From contig CAZMTK010000004.1 in assembly GCA_964569245.1 (NCBI GenBank), forward strand, positions 8,382 to 72,381: DNA of 64,000 bases. The letters run 5' to 3'. Position 1 is the first letter of the stretch; every line of letters begins with the position of its first letter. A program made the translations under genes and the position numbers. Shown piece after piece: positions 1 to 9,057 of this stretch. Source of the stretch: an uncultured bacterium. Lineage in GTDB: Bacteria; Fermentibacterota; Fermentibacteria; Fermentibacterales; Fermentibacteraceae. The notes beneath the pieces are model-generated. The model ran no database searches. It saw only the letters and a program-made list of their open reading frames with translations, and was not told the origin of the DNA.

Positions 1-261
1 CGAAACGAACGTGAACGAAGGGACCACGACTTCGTCGCCGAGCCGGAGGTTCAGGAGCATCGCCGTCATCTCGAGCGCATGCGTGCAGGAGGGGGTCAGG
101 AGGACCCTGGCACCCGGAAGCAGCGCTTCGAGCAGCTTCTCGCACCCCCGGCAGTAGGGGCCGTTTCCCGAGATGAATCCGCCCTCGACTGCCCGGGCCA
201 TGTACTCCATCTCGGAGCCCGACAGACACGCCCTGTTGAACGGGATGCGGAAGCCGCCCAT
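1..261 (-). CDS. DegT/DnrJ/EryC1-family aminotransferase (WecE/ArnB-like), N-terminal part; the gene continues past the window edge
   Basis: The reverse-strand translation from the ATG at 261 reads MGGFRIPFNRACLSGSEMEYMARAVEGGFISGNGPYCRGCEKLLEALLPGARVLLTPSCTHALEMTAMLLNLRLGDEVVVPSFTFVS. This is typical of the N-terminus of sugar aminotransferases of the DegT family. The ORF is absent from the track because it is truncated by the window edge. Confidence 0.7.
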   Translation of the reverse strand, partial: MGGFRIPFNRACLSGSEMEYMARAVEGGFISGNGPYCRGCEKLLEALLPGARVLLTPSCTHALEMTAMLLNLRLGDEVVVPSFTFVS

Positions 262-266
262 GCCGC

Positions 267-1010
267 TCAGGCCCCCGCAGGCCAGTAGTGGAACCAGAGG
301 CCGACGCTTTCGACCCTGAAGCCCGATGACTGATACACGCTCATCGAGGCCCTGCTGCCTCCCTGGGTGGCCACACGCACGATCTCGGCGCCTTTCGCGG
401 CCATATCGGCGAGGGCCGCGCGCACCAGCATCGCGCCGATCCCGGCCCCCCTGGCCGGGAGGTCCACGCCCAGGAGCTCGATCCGCCCTTCGCTCCCGCT
501 GGTGCTGTAGGTGCAGTAGCCTTCGGGCGCGCCCGGCGGGCCGGCGACGACCGCGCCGCAGCCGGGGCCGGACAGCCCCTTCAGAATCCACAGCCGGTAC
601 ATCTCGGTGACTCTGGCCTGGTCGAATCCTGGATCGGCTCTGAAGCGCGTTCGGTCGTGGAGCCTGCCCGAGAGTTCCGCGAGGAAGTCCGCCTCCGATG
701 CCAGAGGCTCCCTCGGGGAGCCTGATCGCCGTGAGTCATCGCATGAGTGCGCTGGCGGCAGCCTGACGGAAAGCTCGACTCTCACGTCAACGGGGCGCAT
801 GCCCAGTCTGTGGGCGGCATCCATCGTCCCTGCGCTCGACGGGTCGGCCAGGAAATAGATGCAGTCCATCTCTTCGCAGGCGGCCTGCTCCCGCAGGAGA
901 GCCGAATCCCCGGCGGAGAGCTCGCGGCTCGCTACTCTGCCGATGCGGAGGGAGAAGAAGGCGCTGTCCCATTCCAGAATGTCGAACAGCAGCCGCGTTC
1001 CGCCCGTCAC
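267..1010 (-). CDS. WecD-like GNAT N-acetyltransferase (dTDP-4-amino-4,6-dideoxyhexose acetyltransferase-like)
   Basis: 247 aa. The N-terminus (LLFDILEWDSAFFSLRIGRV) resembles the WecD N-domain, and a GNAT fold follows (GIGAMLVRAALADMAAKGAEIV). It overlaps the downstream GT2 gene by 4 bp (ATGA) and lies next to the DegT aminotransferase. Confidence 0.55.
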   Translation of the reverse strand: MTGGTRLLFDILEWDSAFFSLRIGRVASRELSAGDSALLREQAACEEMDCIYFLADPSSAGTMDAAHRLGMRPVDVRVELSVRLPPAHSCDDSRRSGSPREPLASEADFLAELSGRLHDRTRFRADPGFDQARVTEMYRLWILKGLSGPGCGAVVAGPPGAPEGYCTYSTSGSEGRIELLGVDLPARGAGIGAMLVRAALADMAAKGAEIVRVATQGGSRASMSVYQSSGFRVESVGLWFHYWPAGA

Positions 1011-1978
1011 TCGCCGCCCGGTCCTTTCGCGCCGGCAGCCGGGGGCTCATGCTCACGGGTCTCCGCGACGGTGTAGCCGGGTATGCCCATGAGCCGGAAG
1101 TGCATCCTCGCCAGATACTCGCCTATCACACCAAGAGAGAAGAGCTGTGCTCCGGAGAAGATCGAGATGATCGAGGCGAGGAACGGGAAGCCCGGAACGC
1201 TGCCCCCCCTGGTGAAGAACACCGCCAGCACGTAGGCCAGCACGCAGATTCCGAAGAACATGAACACGAATCCCAGAAGGCTGGCCGCCTCCAGCGGAAG
1301 CGTGGAGAACCCGGTGACCATGTTGAAGGCATGGGTCACGAGGCGACCCACCGTGTAGTTGGAACGGCCTCTAGTCCTGGGGTCGTGCCTGACCTCCAGC
1401 GCGCCGAACCTCCTCGTCCCCCATGTCAGGAGGACATCCACGGATGCGAACGGGCCGCTGTACGATGCGAAGGCATCCCTCACGGCAGTCCTGAAGGCCC
1501 TGAAGGCGCTCACCCTCCTGGCCGTGGCCACTCCCAGCGACTTCTGGAGCGCCAGCTTCGTGAGACGGGACGCCACGTTCCTGAGCAGGCCGTGCGTCTC
1601 ATGCGCAGGATAGCCGTAAACCACGTCCAGGCCGGTACTGAGGCATTCGAGAAGACGGGGGATCTCCTCGGGGGGGTTCTGCAGGTCGTCGTCCAGGGTC
1701 ACGCAGGTGTCGAAGCGGGCGGCACGGATGCCGCAGAGAAGGGCGTTGTGCTGCCCCGAGTTCCTCGCGAGCCTGAAGGCCCTGATGCGAGGATCCTCCG
1801 AGGCGGCGCAGAGCGCATCCCAGCTCCGGTCGGTGCTGGAATCGTCCACCATCACGACCTCCCAGGCGCACCCCGAGCCGTCGAGAACCGCCCTGAGCCT
1901 CCGTACCAGCTCCGGGACGGACTCCTCGCTGTTGAAGACCGGGACCACTACGGAGATGCCAGGAGGCAGCTTGTTCAT
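1007..1978 (-). CDS. GT2 polyprenyl-phosphate glycosyltransferase (ArnC/GtrB/DPM1-like)
   Basis: 323 aa. N-terminal GT-A signature (VVVPVFNSEE, VMVDDSSTD, DDDLQNP), then two C-terminal transmembrane helices as in ArnC/GtrB. Confidence 0.8.
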   Translation of the reverse strand: MNKLPPGISVVVPVFNSEESVPELVRRLRAVLDGSGCAWEVVMVDDSSTDRSWDALCAASEDPRIRAFRLARNSGQHNALLCGIRAARFDTCVTLDDDLQNPPEEIPRLLECLSTGLDVVYGYPAHETHGLLRNVASRLTKLALQKSLGVATARRVSAFRAFRTAVRDAFASYSGPFASVDVLLTWGTRRFGALEVRHDPRTRGRSNYTVGRLVTHAFNMVTGFSTLPLEAASLLGFVFMFFGICVLAYVLAVFFTRGGSVPGFPFLASIISIFSGAQLFSLGVIGEYLARMHFRLMGIPGYTVAETREHEPPAAGAKGPGGE

Positions 1979-2032
1979 TCCACGGGCCCTCCCCTGACTG
2001 CGGCGGCTCGCACCGGGTGGAACATGTCGAAA

Positions 2033-3628
2033 TCAGGGAGAAGGGGGAATCGAGTCGCTCGCCGCAGCGAGGATCCTCATCTCCTCCGCGAGCACCGCGA
2101 CGACCGGGGGGGCCGTCGGATCCTGCGAGGCCCGGGAGTAGCAGTCAGCCGCCAGAGAATACTCCTCTCGGTACTCCGCCAGAAGCCCCCTGTAGAAGTC
2201 GGTCTTGCCGCCCCAGTCGCGCGGGGACAGGAGAACTGCGGCGGCGAGCATCGCCATGACGGGAAGAGCCGCAGGAGACGCCTTTCCTCCGCGGAAGAGC
2301 AGCAGGCAGACCGCGAGGGACAGCGAGAACAGAACAGCCGCACCGGCGGCGCCTGCCAGCCATACGGAGTGATGTCCCTCGAGAAGCATCGCCAGGCTCA
2401 CGTTGATCTGCGGAAGAGGCAGCGCCCTCTCGAAAGGGTGCACCGGCAGGTGCATCTCCCCGAAGAGCCCGAGGAAGGCCTGGACTAACCCGGGGACGAG
2501 GAGGAGGGCCGCGGTCCACGACTCCCGCCGGCCTGCGGACGCGAAGCGGGCGAGGCCCAGGGCCAGCAGGGGGATCACCGGGATTAGATACCTCGGGCCG
2601 AAGGCCCATCCCTGCGTCCGTGTCCAGAGCGACGAGAACAGCAGGGCGAAAGCGACGACCATCGCCCCCGCAGGATCGCGCCTCACGTCGCCTCCGAAGC
2701 GCTTCAGCAGGAGCCCGGCCAGCCCCGCGACGGCCCAGGGCATGTAGAAGAAGAGGCCGCGCTCGGCGCTCGCGAGGATATAAACGAGCCGCGCCGGGCT
2801 GGGGAACGTGAACCCGAACAGACCTGCATGGAGGCCCTCGAACGCTTCGGCCGCCTCGTGCGAGTATCCGCTTGTGAAAGGGCTGCCGAACGCCAGCCAG
2901 TTGTACGCCATCTGCGGGGCGAAGGCAAGGACTGCAAGAGCCGCTGTGAGGAGGATCCGGGGGCCCAGCAGGGCTCTCCTCCCCCTGTAGAGCAGCAGGA
3001 TGGCGAACAGCACGGCGACGGGGTACTCGAAAGCCGAGGCGGCGGCTCCGCAAAGGTCGGAGAGCACGAGCCTCCCCTGCCGCTGGAACATGTATGCGGC
3101 AGTGATGCAGCAGGCCGCGGGCACGTGAGCGTAGAGGATCGAGGAGTACGGCAGGATGATGCTGGCGAGCCCCGCTGAGGCTGCGGCGAAGCTCGGGTCC
3201 ACGGCTTCCTGCTCGCAGGTCCGCCGAAGCGAGAGGAGCAGCAGGAGCAGGGAGCCGGTGACGAGGAGCCTCTCGCAGAGAAGCCTTCCCGGGTCGTTGG
3301 AGCCGGTTGGAGGCTCATCCCGGCGTGCGACCCCGGCCTGCAACGACAGCCACTGCACCGGGATGCAGAAGGCGGAGAGGAGGACGGCCTTGTCGGTGTA
3401 GAAGTCGCCCTCGAAGAGGGCCTTGTCGGAGGTGAAGCCGGAGAAGCGGTTGATGTCCATGCGCCCGTTCTCGGTGACGGACCGCACCAGACCCCACCTG
3501 GAGACCACGTTGTCGAAGGGGTATGGGTGGAAGGTGGCGGCTGAGGCGAGACACGACAGGAGGATGATCAGGCGTACCGGCGCCTGCGAGAGGTGCGACA
3601 GGGCTGCGGCAGCGGTGGAGAATCTCAT
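2033..3628 (-). CDS. Polytopic GT-C-type glycosyltransferase (ArnT/PMT-like)
   Basis: 531 aa with about 12 predicted transmembrane helices. An acidic first-loop motif (DKALFEGDFYTDKA) is reminiscent of ArnT/PMT GT-C enzymes. It sits in an operon with the ArnC-like GT2. Confidence 0.5.
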   Translation of the reverse strand: MRFSTAAAALSHLSQAPVRLIILLSCLASAATFHPYPFDNVVSRWGLVRSVTENGRMDINRFSGFTSDKALFEGDFYTDKAVLLSAFCIPVQWLSLQAGVARRDEPPTGSNDPGRLLCERLLVTGSLLLLLLSLRRTCEQEAVDPSFAAASAGLASIILPYSSILYAHVPAACCITAAYMFQRQGRLVLSDLCGAAASAFEYPVAVLFAILLLYRGRRALLGPRILLTAALAVLAFAPQMAYNWLAFGSPFTSGYSHEAAEAFEGLHAGLFGFTFPSPARLVYILASAERGLFFYMPWAVAGLAGLLLKRFGGDVRRDPAGAMVVAFALLFSSLWTRTQGWAFGPRYLIPVIPLLALGLARFASAGRRESWTAALLLVPGLVQAFLGLFGEMHLPVHPFERALPLPQINVSLAMLLEGHHSVWLAGAAGAAVLFSLSLAVCLLLFRGGKASPAALPVMAMLAAAVLLSPRDWGGKTDFYRGLLAEYREEYSLAADCYSRASQDPTAPPVVAVLAEEMRILAAASDSIPPSP

Positions 3629-3744
3629 GCCGCCAGCATAGCCAAGGGGCTCCGGCGAGGCAACCGTGCGGGTCGCAGGCTGACGATGCGTCCGGCCCAG
3701 ACGCTATGTTCGAGAAGGACTCCAGAAGGAGAACGGAGGGGGGA

Positions 3745-4914
3745 ATGCCGCTCCTGTTCAAGAGGATCGCAGCCGGATTGTCCGGCATCCTCCTGGCCCT
3801 GGCGGCCGCCGAGGGCCTCCTGAGAATCTTCTACAACCCGCCTCCGCTCGTGAGCGGATGGGTGTGCTCCGCCTCGGTCCCCCCGCAGGAGAGAAACCAG
3901 ATCGGCTTCCGCGGACACAGAATCGAATACGGCGACAGCACCATCGTCATCGCCCTCCTGGGAGACTCCCAGGTCGAGGCCGTTCACCTCGCATGGGGCT
4001 GGATGCCGGAGCAGAGGCTCGAGCATTACCTCGAGGAACTCTTGGACAGGGACGTAGAGGTCGTTTCGCTCGCCTCGCAGGGCTACGGCCAGGACCAGGA
4101 GCTCCTGGCACTTGTCCATTACTTCAGGTTCTTCAGGGCCGACCTGGTACTGGTCTGGGAGACGCCGGCCAACGATCTGTGGAACAACACATTCCCGACG
4201 CACTGGCCCGCGAACGGCTGGGCGAAGCCGACATTCAGGCTCGTGGACGGCAGGCTGTCCGGGCCCAGCGAGAACCTGGGGGACACGCTGCCCAGGCCCT
4301 CGTCGAGGCTGGCGCTTCTGCTGGAGTCGGTTTTCAGGCCGGCTGACAGGGACGGAGAATGGGAGGCCTTCCTGCCCCCCGCTTACCAGCCGGACACGGT
4401 CTGGACCGGCGGCTATCTCACGGACTGGCAGGAACGCTACGACGCGAACCTGGGTCTGATGCGGGACGAGAACCTGGCCACGGAGAAGAGCCACCTGTCG
4501 ATCTACCTCACCCCGGAGAGCCCCAGGACAGCCTATTCGGTTGAGCTCACCCGTCTCCTGCTCGACAGCATCCAGGCGGTCGCGCTCGCACACGGGGCCG
4601 GTATGGCCGCATTCGCAGTGGCGGGAGCGCCCGACCCCACGGGAGATGTCGTGAGCGCGACCTACATGCTGGAGGGAAGGTACTATCACGTTTCCCGCGA
4701 CCAGTACGAGTCCTGCGTATCCCGGATGAACGAGGGGCTGCGGTTCTACTCCATCCCCCTGCGAGTGGACGACTGGAAGATGGGCCCCCTGAACAGCCAT
4801 CTCAACGAGCATGCGACAGACGCGCTGATGGAGGACCTGGCCCGCCTGATCGCCCCCGGCCTGGAGAGTCGGAGAACAGACACGCGGCCGCCGGTGCTGC
4901 GAGGCCCGGACTGA
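3745..4914 (+). CDS. SGNH/GDSL-family hydrolase-like exported protein
   Basis: GDS(Q) motif (ALLGDSQVEA) after an N-terminal signal/anchor (MPLLFKRIAAGLSGILLALAAA). A strong RBS (GGAGGGGGG) lies 5 nt before the ATG at 3745, so this start is preferred over the track start at 3706. Confidence 0.5.
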   Translation: MPLLFKRIAAGLSGILLALAAAEGLLRIFYNPPPLVSGWVCSASVPPQERNQIGFRGHRIEYGDSTIVIALLGDSQVEAVHLAWGWMPEQRLEHYLEELLDRDVEVVSLASQGYGQDQELLALVHYFRFFRADLVLVWETPANDLWNNTFPTHWPANGWAKPTFRLVDGRLSGPSENLGDTLPRPSSRLALLLESVFRPADRDGEWEAFLPPAYQPDTVWTGGYLTDWQERYDANLGLMRDENLATEKSHLSIYLTPESPRTAYSVELTRLLLDSIQAVALAHGAGMAAFAVAGAPDPTGDVVSATYMLEGRYYHVSRDQYESCVSRMNEGLRFYSIPLRVDDWKMGPLNSHLNEHATDALMEDLARLIAPGLESRRTDTRPPVLRGPD

Positions 4915-4988
4915 AGGTTCGCAGGACGACGACAAGAGGCGGCAGCAGGCAAGACTCGCCTCTCGCTGTTCGCCGGAGGCGAACAGCC

Positions 4989-5011
4989 GGCTACGCCGCC
5001 AATCCGGGAAC
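4989..5011. repeat. 23-bp direct repeat, copy 1 (GGCTACGCCGCCAATCCGGGAAC)
   Basis: The exact 23-mer is repeated at 5137..5159 inside the 309-bp convergent intergenic region. Confidence 0.8.
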
Positions 5012-5136
5012 GAGTCAAGACAGGGCCGGCGAGGCTCTCGCCGGCTGCATGGTCTTTCGCAACTTCGCACCGCTCTCGAAGGTCCGCAAGCGAACCTTCT
5101 GCCGCGGGCTCATTCCGGAGGAACCGGAATGAGCGT

Positions 5137-5159
5137 GGCTACGCCGCCAATCCGGGAAC
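5137..5159. repeat. 23-bp direct repeat, copy 2
   Basis: Exact copy of 4989..5011. It is preceded by the palindrome tcattccgg-aggaa-ccggaatga at 5110..5133. Confidence 0.8.
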
Positions 5160-5174
5160 TCCTGGATTAGCGGA

Positions 5175-5198
5175 GCGGCGGGCCGTGAGGCCCGCCGC
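5175..5198. terminator. GC-rich hairpin (10-bp stem GCGGCGGGCC, GTGA loop) just downstream of the pilin1 stop; likely intrinsic or bidirectional terminator
   Basis: Perfect inverted repeat gcggcgggcc-gtga-ggcccgccgc, located 25 nt beyond the stop of the minus-strand pilin gene. Confidence 0.45.
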
Positions 5199-5222
5199 CA
5201 AGGGTCCGCAAACAGCCTGAGA

Positions 5223-5609
5223 CTACTCGGACCAGCTCTGGATGCCTGTGACCACCGAGCCGTGATCCTGAGGCTCGCCGGCGATCGGGCAGTCGATGGT
5301 GTAGTCGTCGCCATCATCGACGTAGTTGTAGGCAGCGCCGTCGGCCTGCGGGCAGGTCATCAGGTCGGCATTGTCCATCACGGGCTCGTCGGAGCCCTGG
5401 GCGGAGGCAAGGTTGGCGATCGAGCCCCACTGGTCATACATGCCGTAGTACATGGACTCGCCGGTGGCCAGGCTTCTCATGTTGCTGCGGCAGGAGGCCA
5501 TCTCCGCGCTCTCCTTGACGCTGGAGAACTTGGGGATGGCGATGGCGGCGAGGATGCCGATGATCACGACCACGATCATGAGCTCGATCAGGGTGAATCC
5601 CTTCTTCAT
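5223..5609 (-). CDS. pilA: Type IV pilin (class III signal peptide, MKKGFTLIELMIVVVIIGILAAIAIP)
   Basis: Prepilin leader with G-1/F+1 and Glu+5, a hydrophobic alpha1-N helix, and 3 Cys in the C-terminal domain. RBS GGAAGGAG lies 5 nt before the ATG at 5609. The longer track ORF (to 5693) is rejected. Confidence 0.85.
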   Translation of the reverse strand: MKKGFTLIELMIVVVIIGILAAIAIPKFSSVKESAEMASCRSNMRSLATGESMYYGMYDQWGSIANLASAQGSDEPVMDNADLMTCPQADGAAYNYVDDGDDYTIDCPIAGEPQDHGSVVTGIQSWSE

Positions 5610-5669
5610 CTCTTCTCCTTCCGGTTTCGGACCCTTCAGACACACCGAAGCTTCACTCGGCATAACATA

Positions 5670-5686
5670 AAGCACCATTCGTGCCA
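5670..5686 (-). promoter_or_regulatory. Candidate sigma-54 (-24/-12) promoter for pilin1: TGGCACGaatgGTGCTT
   Basis: The minus-strand sequence TGGCACG-N4-GTGCT matches the TGGCACG-N4-TTGCW consensus, with GG and GC separated by 10 nt and one mismatch. It lies about 60 nt upstream of the pilin ATG. A sigma-54-dependent PilR with the GSFTGA motif is encoded 2 kb upstream. Confidence 0.6.
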
Positions 5687-5743
5687 GGGACAAGACCCGC
5701 GAAAGAACCCGGAATAAACATGCCTGTCAAAGGAGTGCGTGGG

Positions 5744-5788
5744 CTTGCAGAGCATCTCCAGGACAGGCGCGACTTGCGCTTTGCAAGC
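5744..5788. terminator. Stem-loop between the two pilin genes (GCTTGCAgAG ... CTTTGCAAGC)
   Basis: A 10-bp imperfect inverted repeat with a 25-nt loop. It lies 40 nt downstream of the pilin2 stop and upstream of the pilin1 sigma-54 promoter. Confidence 0.35.
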
Positions 5789-5825
5789 CGCCTCGTGCGT
5801 GTCGAAGAACACCTGTTCTTCATGC

Positions 5826-6188
5826 CTACCAGCTTGAGGTTCCGGTGTTCATGGAGCCATGGGCTGTCGAGGCGTTTCCCGGGCATGTGGCCGTATAGGT
5901 GTTGACGTTCGGCACCGCCAGAACGTACGGGCCCCAGTGGGCGTCGGTCGGGCACCTGAGCTTCGACGAGAGGTCCTGTATCGGGTCCAGGTTCGTGATG
6001 TCGGCGGTGAAGGTGTCGTACCTCGTGAAGTACACCGCTTCGCTCGTGGCGATGTTGTGGAGGTTCGACCGGCAGCCGGCTGTTCTTGCCGACTCCTGGA
6101 TGTTCGTGAACTTGGGAATGGCTATGGCGGCGAGGATGCCGATGATCACCACCACTATCATCAGCTCGATAAGAGTGAAACCTCTCAT
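5826..6188 (-). CDS. pilA: Type IV pilin paralog (MRGFTLIELMIVVVIIGILAAIAIP)
   Basis: Second prepilin, with an N-terminal 25 aa almost identical to pilin1 (about 85% nucleotide identity over 80 bp). It has 3 Cys and a Ser/Thr-rich C-terminus (NTGTSSW). Strong RBS GGAGGGAGG before the ATG at 6188. Confidence 0.85.
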   Translation of the reverse strand: MRGFTLIELMIVVVIIGILAAIAIPKFTNIQESARTAGCRSNLHNIATSEAVYFTRYDTFTADITNLDPIQDLSSKLRCPTDAHWGPYVLAVPNVNTYTATCPGNASTAHGSMNTGTSSW

Positions 6189-6215
6189 GCGGCATTCCTC
6201 CCTCCACGGATTCTG

Positions 6216-6234
6216 CAAGCAAGGTGCTTGCTTG
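6216..6234. promoter_or_regulatory. Leader hairpin in the pilin2 5'-UTR (CAAGCAAG-gtg-CTTGCTTG)
   Basis: Perfect 8-bp stem with a 3-nt loop, 28 nt upstream of the pilin2 start codon. Confidence 0.3.
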
Positions 6235-6239
6235 GAGCA

Positions 6240-6311
6240 GGGGGTCTTCTGAATGCCAATTTACTCAAGAAAACATCAATATTATAATAATTCTACTCGG
6301 AAAGCATTTGT
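6240..6311. promoter_or_regulatory. AT-rich island (the only markedly AT-rich stretch in the window) upstream of pilin2; probable promoter or UP-element region
   Basis: The sequence ttactcaagaaaacatcaatattataataattctactcggaaagcatttgttcaa contrasts with the ~67% GC elsewhere. The minus strand contains TTGAAC ... TATAAT / TAATATTG-like motifs. Confidence 0.35.
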
Positions 6312-7665
6312 TCAACGGCTGGCGTTGTGCGACCTCGCCCGTCTTGCGATCAGAACCGGTCTGCCGGGATTCCTTTCCGCGGTGAGCTCCATCAGCCTTG
6401 CCGCCAGCGCCTCTCTCGGCATTTCGTAGCCGCCTGCCTCCAGCACGCCCGACGAGGTGTCCAGGTCGGGGCTGTGGTGTCTGGCCATCCTCTCGAACCA
6501 TGCCGAGAAGTTCTCCGTGGAGAGGCACGCGACATCCGGCCTGGCGTCACGGCCCGCGTGCTGAACGGCCCAGCAGCCGTACAGCAGGTCGCTGCTCTCG
6601 ATGAAGACGCAGGCGTCCGCCGGCATCCCGGCCAGGAAGCCTTCGACTGCGCCGCTCTGGTCGGGAAGCGGCTCCCCGCCCGCCAGGGAGCCGGCGGCCA
6701 CCGCGGCCGCCGCTGCGAGGGCGGCGGGCCGCGGCAGCAGAACGGACGCCTCCGAGGCCAGCACCAGGAATGCGATCAGCGAAAGCCAGCCCGTCTGCGA
6801 CGTGCCCGAGGCCATCGGGTTCACGAAGACTGTGAACAGCATGTCGGAAAGCACCAGGATCAGAGGCGTGGCGAGCCTGCCCGGCGCCCGCTTTGCGAGA
6901 ATCAGCGCTCCGGCGAGCACCGGGAGCAGAGCCCCGGGCCAGAGCATCCCGCCCAGCATTCCGAGATGTCTCTCGAGCGACGCGACGTCGAACCGCCCCA
7001 TGCTGGCCCCGTAATAGTCGCGATAGCCCGCCGCCGTGACCTGGCGGACGAAGGCCTTCAGGCCGTTCGGAGCGCCCCAGTCCACGACGCAGCCCGCGGA
7101 GGACAAGACGGGGAGGGCCAGGTAGGCGCTGAGCCCGAGAAGGAGACCGCCGGCGTAGAGCGCCGCCCTGCGGCGTGCCGGCGGCGCCACGGCGGCGACA
7201 AGGACTCCGGCGGGGTGCACGGCCGCTCCCAGCCCGGCGAGGAGCCCCGACCTCATCCCTCCGTCCCGCCCGACCGCAAGCGCCGCGGCGAACAGAGCCG
7301 ACGCCACCGGATAGGCATCCAGGCAAAGGAGCCGCTCGCGCACGGCGGGGAGGAGCACGAAGGCCAGCCCCGTTACGGCGCCCGCGAATCCGCGCCCGCG
7401 GAAGAGCAGCGAAACAGTGGCGGCGGAGGCCAGCGCCATCAGCGTCGAGGGGCCTGAGCGCCCCAGCGCTGCCCAGGATGCGCGCAGGAGGAGCGCAAGG
7501 AGGGGCATGCCCGGAGGGTGGCAGGTTCCTCCGAGGCTCGCCACAGCCAGCATCTCGCCGCCGTCCTCGACGGGGATGCCGCGCTGGCCCAGGAAGACGC
7601 CAGCCAGCAGGACGGCCGCGAACAGGACGAACGGGCCGGCTCCTCGGAGGGACGCAGGGGGCCGG

Positions 7666-7688
<23 letters not shown>
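6312..7688 (-). CDS. Polytopic membrane protein with a C-terminal soluble domain (candidate pilin-associated glycosyltransferase or ligase-like protein)
   Basis: 458 aa. Many Ala/Leu/Gly-rich transmembrane segments are followed by a ~130-aa soluble tail. It lies between pilR and the pilins. The start at 7688 overlaps the pilR 3' end by 23 nt, so the start is uncertain. Confidence 0.45.

Positions 7689-9053
<1,365 letters not shown>

Positions 9054-9057
<4 letters not shown>

Noticed and set aside
3706-3744. Track start of the GDSL hydrolase at 3706
   Set aside because: The internal ATG at 3745 has an ideally spaced GGAGG RBS and begins the signal/anchor sequence. The upstream 13 codons (MFEKDSRRRTEGG) lack an RBS.
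4915-5222. Possible tRNA or CRISPR in the repeat-containing spacer
   Set aside because: No T-loop (GTTCRANYC) or cloverleaf could be assembled. There are only two repeat copies with no regular repeat-spacer periodicity, so it is not a CRISPR array.
5223-5693. Extended pilin ORFs starting at 5693 and 6218
   Set aside because: Type IV prepilins need a short leader ending in Gly directly before the FTLIELM helix. Internal ATGs at 5609 and 6188 with strong RBSs (GGAAGGAG, GGAGGGAGG) give MKKGFTLIE / MRGFTLIE.
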